Assembly: GCA_008632985.1 (NCBI GenBank)
Contig: QPGO01000002.1
Location: 124,001-188,000, forward strand
Origin: Psammoneis japonica
Taxonomy: Eukaryota
DNA: 64,000 nt
Direction of reading: 5' to 3'
The notes under the pieces: generated by a model
Databases searched by the model: none
The model's input: the letters and a program-made list of their open reading frames with translations, nothing else
What the model was told of the DNA's origin: nothing
Part shown: in pieces, positions 60,480-64,000 of the stretch
How the letters are laid out: every line of letters begins with the position of its first letter
Position numbering within the stretch: the first letter of the stretch is position 1
Program-made: the position numbers and the translations under genes

Positions 60480-60909
60480 TGTCGATTGATCCACACGTGA
60501 TGCCTAGGATACGCAATGTGTTCACATGCACAAAACAACCACAAGACCTTGGCTGTAGGATGCGAACAATCGTGAACAAGCAGACACGGCACGAGCCATA
60601 AGGCACGTTCTCTCGGGGTTTATTGCTCACGTGGTGGCAGAGAAGCGTGCTGTTGTTTGTTGTTTCGGTTGAGAACGAGTTTTCTTCCGAGTTGAGGATT
60701 TCGAAATGTATGTGCAATTCGCAATAAGTCTTGATAGTCAGGTAGAAACGTACTGAACGGAAATGGCGGGAGAATAAATACAACTTTTATTCTTTAATAT
60801 TATATAATTTATGTATCTATTTAATCTTGTATAAAATAATGCAATCCTCTATCGGCATCCAATTCGTCGGATGATTCGCCTTCTAAAAAGTCAAAATTTT
60901 GAAGGTTCA

Positions 60910-63900
60910 TGACGAGTTGCGGCCTTTAATGTGCATCTTCTAGCAGCTGTTGTGACAACAGAACATCGTCAGTCATCACTCTGTCAACCCCAATGGCCAC
61001 ATGGTGCCAATGTGGTTTTGGATCGGCTGTTCGAGCACCAGCCGGTCATGTCATGGGGGGTGCACATCAATCTCAAGCACTGTCTCAAGACCCATGATGT
61101 CTCTCGGAGAGGTTGTTGTGAAGGGTCCAGATGACAAATTTGCCATGTTGCTCAAGGTTTGTGGCTGTCTTTTTCTGATTGCACATGGTGTGACTTGGCC
61201 GCAAAGCTCATGATTGCCCGCTCAAATCGCAAAAGCCAGCAGCTTGTTTCTGTCGCCCCCCCCCCCCTCTGCTCAGTGTGCTGCTGGAGCACAAGCTTCA
61301 ACAAGAATGCTGCCATGTCAATCCAAATTTTGACATCATTTGCTCATTCAGGTGCTTGCTTTGCAGCTGTTGATGGTCATGGCCAATGACAACAGCACAC
61401 AATCTGCTCTTGCACCCATGCTTGAGTCGTCTCAGACAAACCAAATTCTCTGTCACCAAGTGAGTTGGGTGGACCATCAATTGCTTTTTTCAGTGTTCTG
61501 CATTTGTCATCTTTTGGTGGCCCCAATGTTTGCACTGGTCCATTGCATTGCACATTTGATGCACCTGTCCAGGCAGAGGTTTCATCAAGCCATGTGACAG
61601 CAACAGAAATGATTTGACTTGTGAGAAGCAGCTCAAGCCATGTGTGCGGCACTGTCAAGGAAGCTCAGGCCGGCAGTCAACTCTGCAGGCTGCTGATTCT
61701 GTCATTTTGAAGGGATGAATGGCACAATGTGCAATCCCTCTGACCTGGCCCCAGCTCTGTTGCTGCAGCAGTTTGCCAACACAGTTGTCACCCGCCCACC
61801 CCAAAAAGCCACAGTGACACAAATTGCATCTGACAAGGATTGCAGCTGCAAATTCTGGCATTGATGAGGGAAAGCTGTTGTTGTGGGGGTCAACAAATTG
61901 AGAAACCTGTTGCTGCCATGATGGTTTGTCAGAACCTCTTTCCAATTGTGGTGCTTTGTCTGTCGCGTGTTTCCATGCTTGACAAGAGAGTGTGACTTGT
62001 CAATGATTGAAATTTTTTGACACGCGTGCTGATTGCATCCACAGATCTTCAACACACACAATTGCCAATTTTGTTTCTCAGTGGTCATTGAGCCACAAAC
62101 AAACAAATCTTTTTTGTTTGTTTTGAGCTACCTGCGTGGCTCATTCTGTCCACATTTCAAACACTTGTCAAGAACAGTTTCTTTTTTTTTTCTTCCACAT
62201 GTCCGATCTCTGCCTTTGTTTTAAGTTGCATGTGTGGCTCACATGAGTGTTCTCTCTGTGTGCTGCAGTTTGCTGGTTCATTCTGTTGTGGCAAAGGGAA
62301 GTGAGCTTGGCAACATGTTTCTGAAAGGCGCACTTGAGCAAGCTTTGCACAGTGCGTCAGTTGACAAGACTTTTGAGACACAGCACCTTGTGACTTTGCT
62401 CTTTGAAAAAGCTGTTCTCATCATTGCAGCAATGGTTTCCAGTGCTTGGAGCCTGGCAGAGAGAACTGCCTGTGCACTTGCCAAGCCCTGGATCAAGGGT
62501 GGCACCAACTGTGCTTGTTGACTCTTGCTGTTGCTCATGCTCTCAACGTCCTTCTGTGCAGCAGATGCTTCCTGGACCATTGCACAGAGTGCTCAGTCTG
62601 CATCATTGACAAACTGCACTTCAATCTGTGCATGCAAAATGATGAAAGTGGGTGTCCAACAGAAGGGTTCTGGCCAGCTGTTGTCATCTGACTGTTGCTG
62701 GCAGCATTTTCTGCAGTTTGGCTCCAATCTTGGAATCATTGGCCACTTGAAAATGCCTCTTTACAGACAACATCAACAAATTGAGTGGTGCTCCAAACTG
62801 GCATGTTCACAGGATCCGATGTCCAACTGCCTGTGGCTCCTCAGGAACTTGCAAGAATTTTTGACACCTGCCAAAACTGCCCCAGGATGGTCCCCTCAAG
62901 TCACAGAGGGTGGTGTTTGGGCCACTGGTTGAAACTTTTGGATGAAAGGACATTGAGCCAATTTGGTTGTTGCAGATGATCATGACAAGCAAGCATTGCC
63001 ACACTTGCTTTTGTTTGTGCATGGAAAACACTGCCAAAGAAGAAAGAGCTTGTGCCTTTCCTTTCATCTTCATCAAACATGTCATCCAAGGCATGGGCAC
63101 CCACACAATGCACTCCACTTTGGACCTGAAAAGCATTTGCTGAAGTGTTGAATGCAAAAGAAACAAAGAAATTGAGTGAAAAGCTTGGATGATGATCAAA
63201 GGCATTGAATGAAGATGGCTTTCTTTGGGACACACACCTTGTGATCACAATGGTGTTCCAACATGCTCTCCAGGCATTTCTTGCACTTGGTGTTGAATGT
63301 TGCCACCACAGCAACCAATCCCATGGTCAACTTGAGTTCTGTTGTGTGCCTGCATTGTGGAAAGAAAAAGAATTGATTTCATGGGTTGTGGGCATTTTTG
63401 TCAAAAATCACAGCAATGGCCATGCGGACGTGGCCCAAAAGCACCATGTTGGGTCACCTGCTGTGTGGCTCATTTTGTCTTCATTTTGAATTTGTGTCAA
63501 GAAAAGCTTCATTTGTTTTTTTGCCTCCATTTGTCAGATCTCTGCTTTTGTTTTTTAGCCACCTGTGTGGCTCATTTTGTTCTCATTTTAAACCTCTCAA
63601 GAACAGCTTTGCTCATTTGTCTCCTTTTCCTTCCATTTTGTCAGCTCTCTGTCTTTGTTTTGCTCTGTCTCTGCTGCACCTGTCCTTTTTTCCTGCTGGA
63701 CGCTGCACAACTCATCCTCCGATCTGACACCCACCAACAACAATGGCATGCCCCTGTCACAATCCACTTTGTTGTCCAGGTCAGACATGCAACAATGACA
63801 AGCAACAACAACAAACATGCTCTCCAAAGACACCCTCATCTCCAGTGCTCTTCTTTCTCCATTTTGGCCCACACCCTGACAATGACTTTGGGAGAAGCAC

Positions 63901-64000
63901 ACCCCCAGTGCTGCAGGAAGAGAAGAGCACTGGGAACAGCAAAAAGAGCAGCTTAGATTTCAACTTGCCAAGGCATGGTCTTTGCATCTCATGAAGTGAG
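60910..64000. other. TpA- and CpG-depleted block, unclassified decayed repeat
   Basis: Only a handful of TpA in 3 kb. Motif ACCTG..TGGCTCATT.TGT....TCAAGAA recurs at ~62130, ~63455 and ~63560. Confidence 0.5.

Overview
Eukaryotic nuclear DNA, almost certainly from a diatom or close ochrophyte. The evidence is a bipartite plastid-targeting peptide on cysteine synthase, a CoDi-type copia element, GT-AG introns and a PSxx mucin. The window alternates between two compositional states. (1) Ordinary blocks (~6.15-18.0, ~38.35-56.85 and ~58.7-60.9 kb) hold host genes: an LRR protein, a proteasome beta1-type subunit with a signal-like leader, plastid cysteine synthase, a ~4,000-aa mucin-like membrane protein and a fatty-acid-desaturase-like protein, plus gene fragments. 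(2) Transposon blocks (~1-5.8, ~18.05-38.3, ~56.9-58.7 and ~60.9-64 kb) hold copia, LINE, CRE and tyrosine-recombinase retroelements and a piggyBac-type MITE. The main observation is that TpA has been almost erased from the transposon blocks and replaced by TpG/CpA. Conserved Tyr codons read His or Cys (including the recombinase catalytic Tyr), a TTAA target site reads TCAA/TTGA, and sister repeats differ by TG/CA/TA swaps. This holds even where CpG is still abundant, so it is separate from 5mC decay, and it runs opposite to fungal RIP. It suggests a transposon-targeted T:A->C:G hypermutation (genome defence) system. No responsible enzyme is visible in the window. All counts were made by eye and all homology calls come from recalled motifs, not searches.
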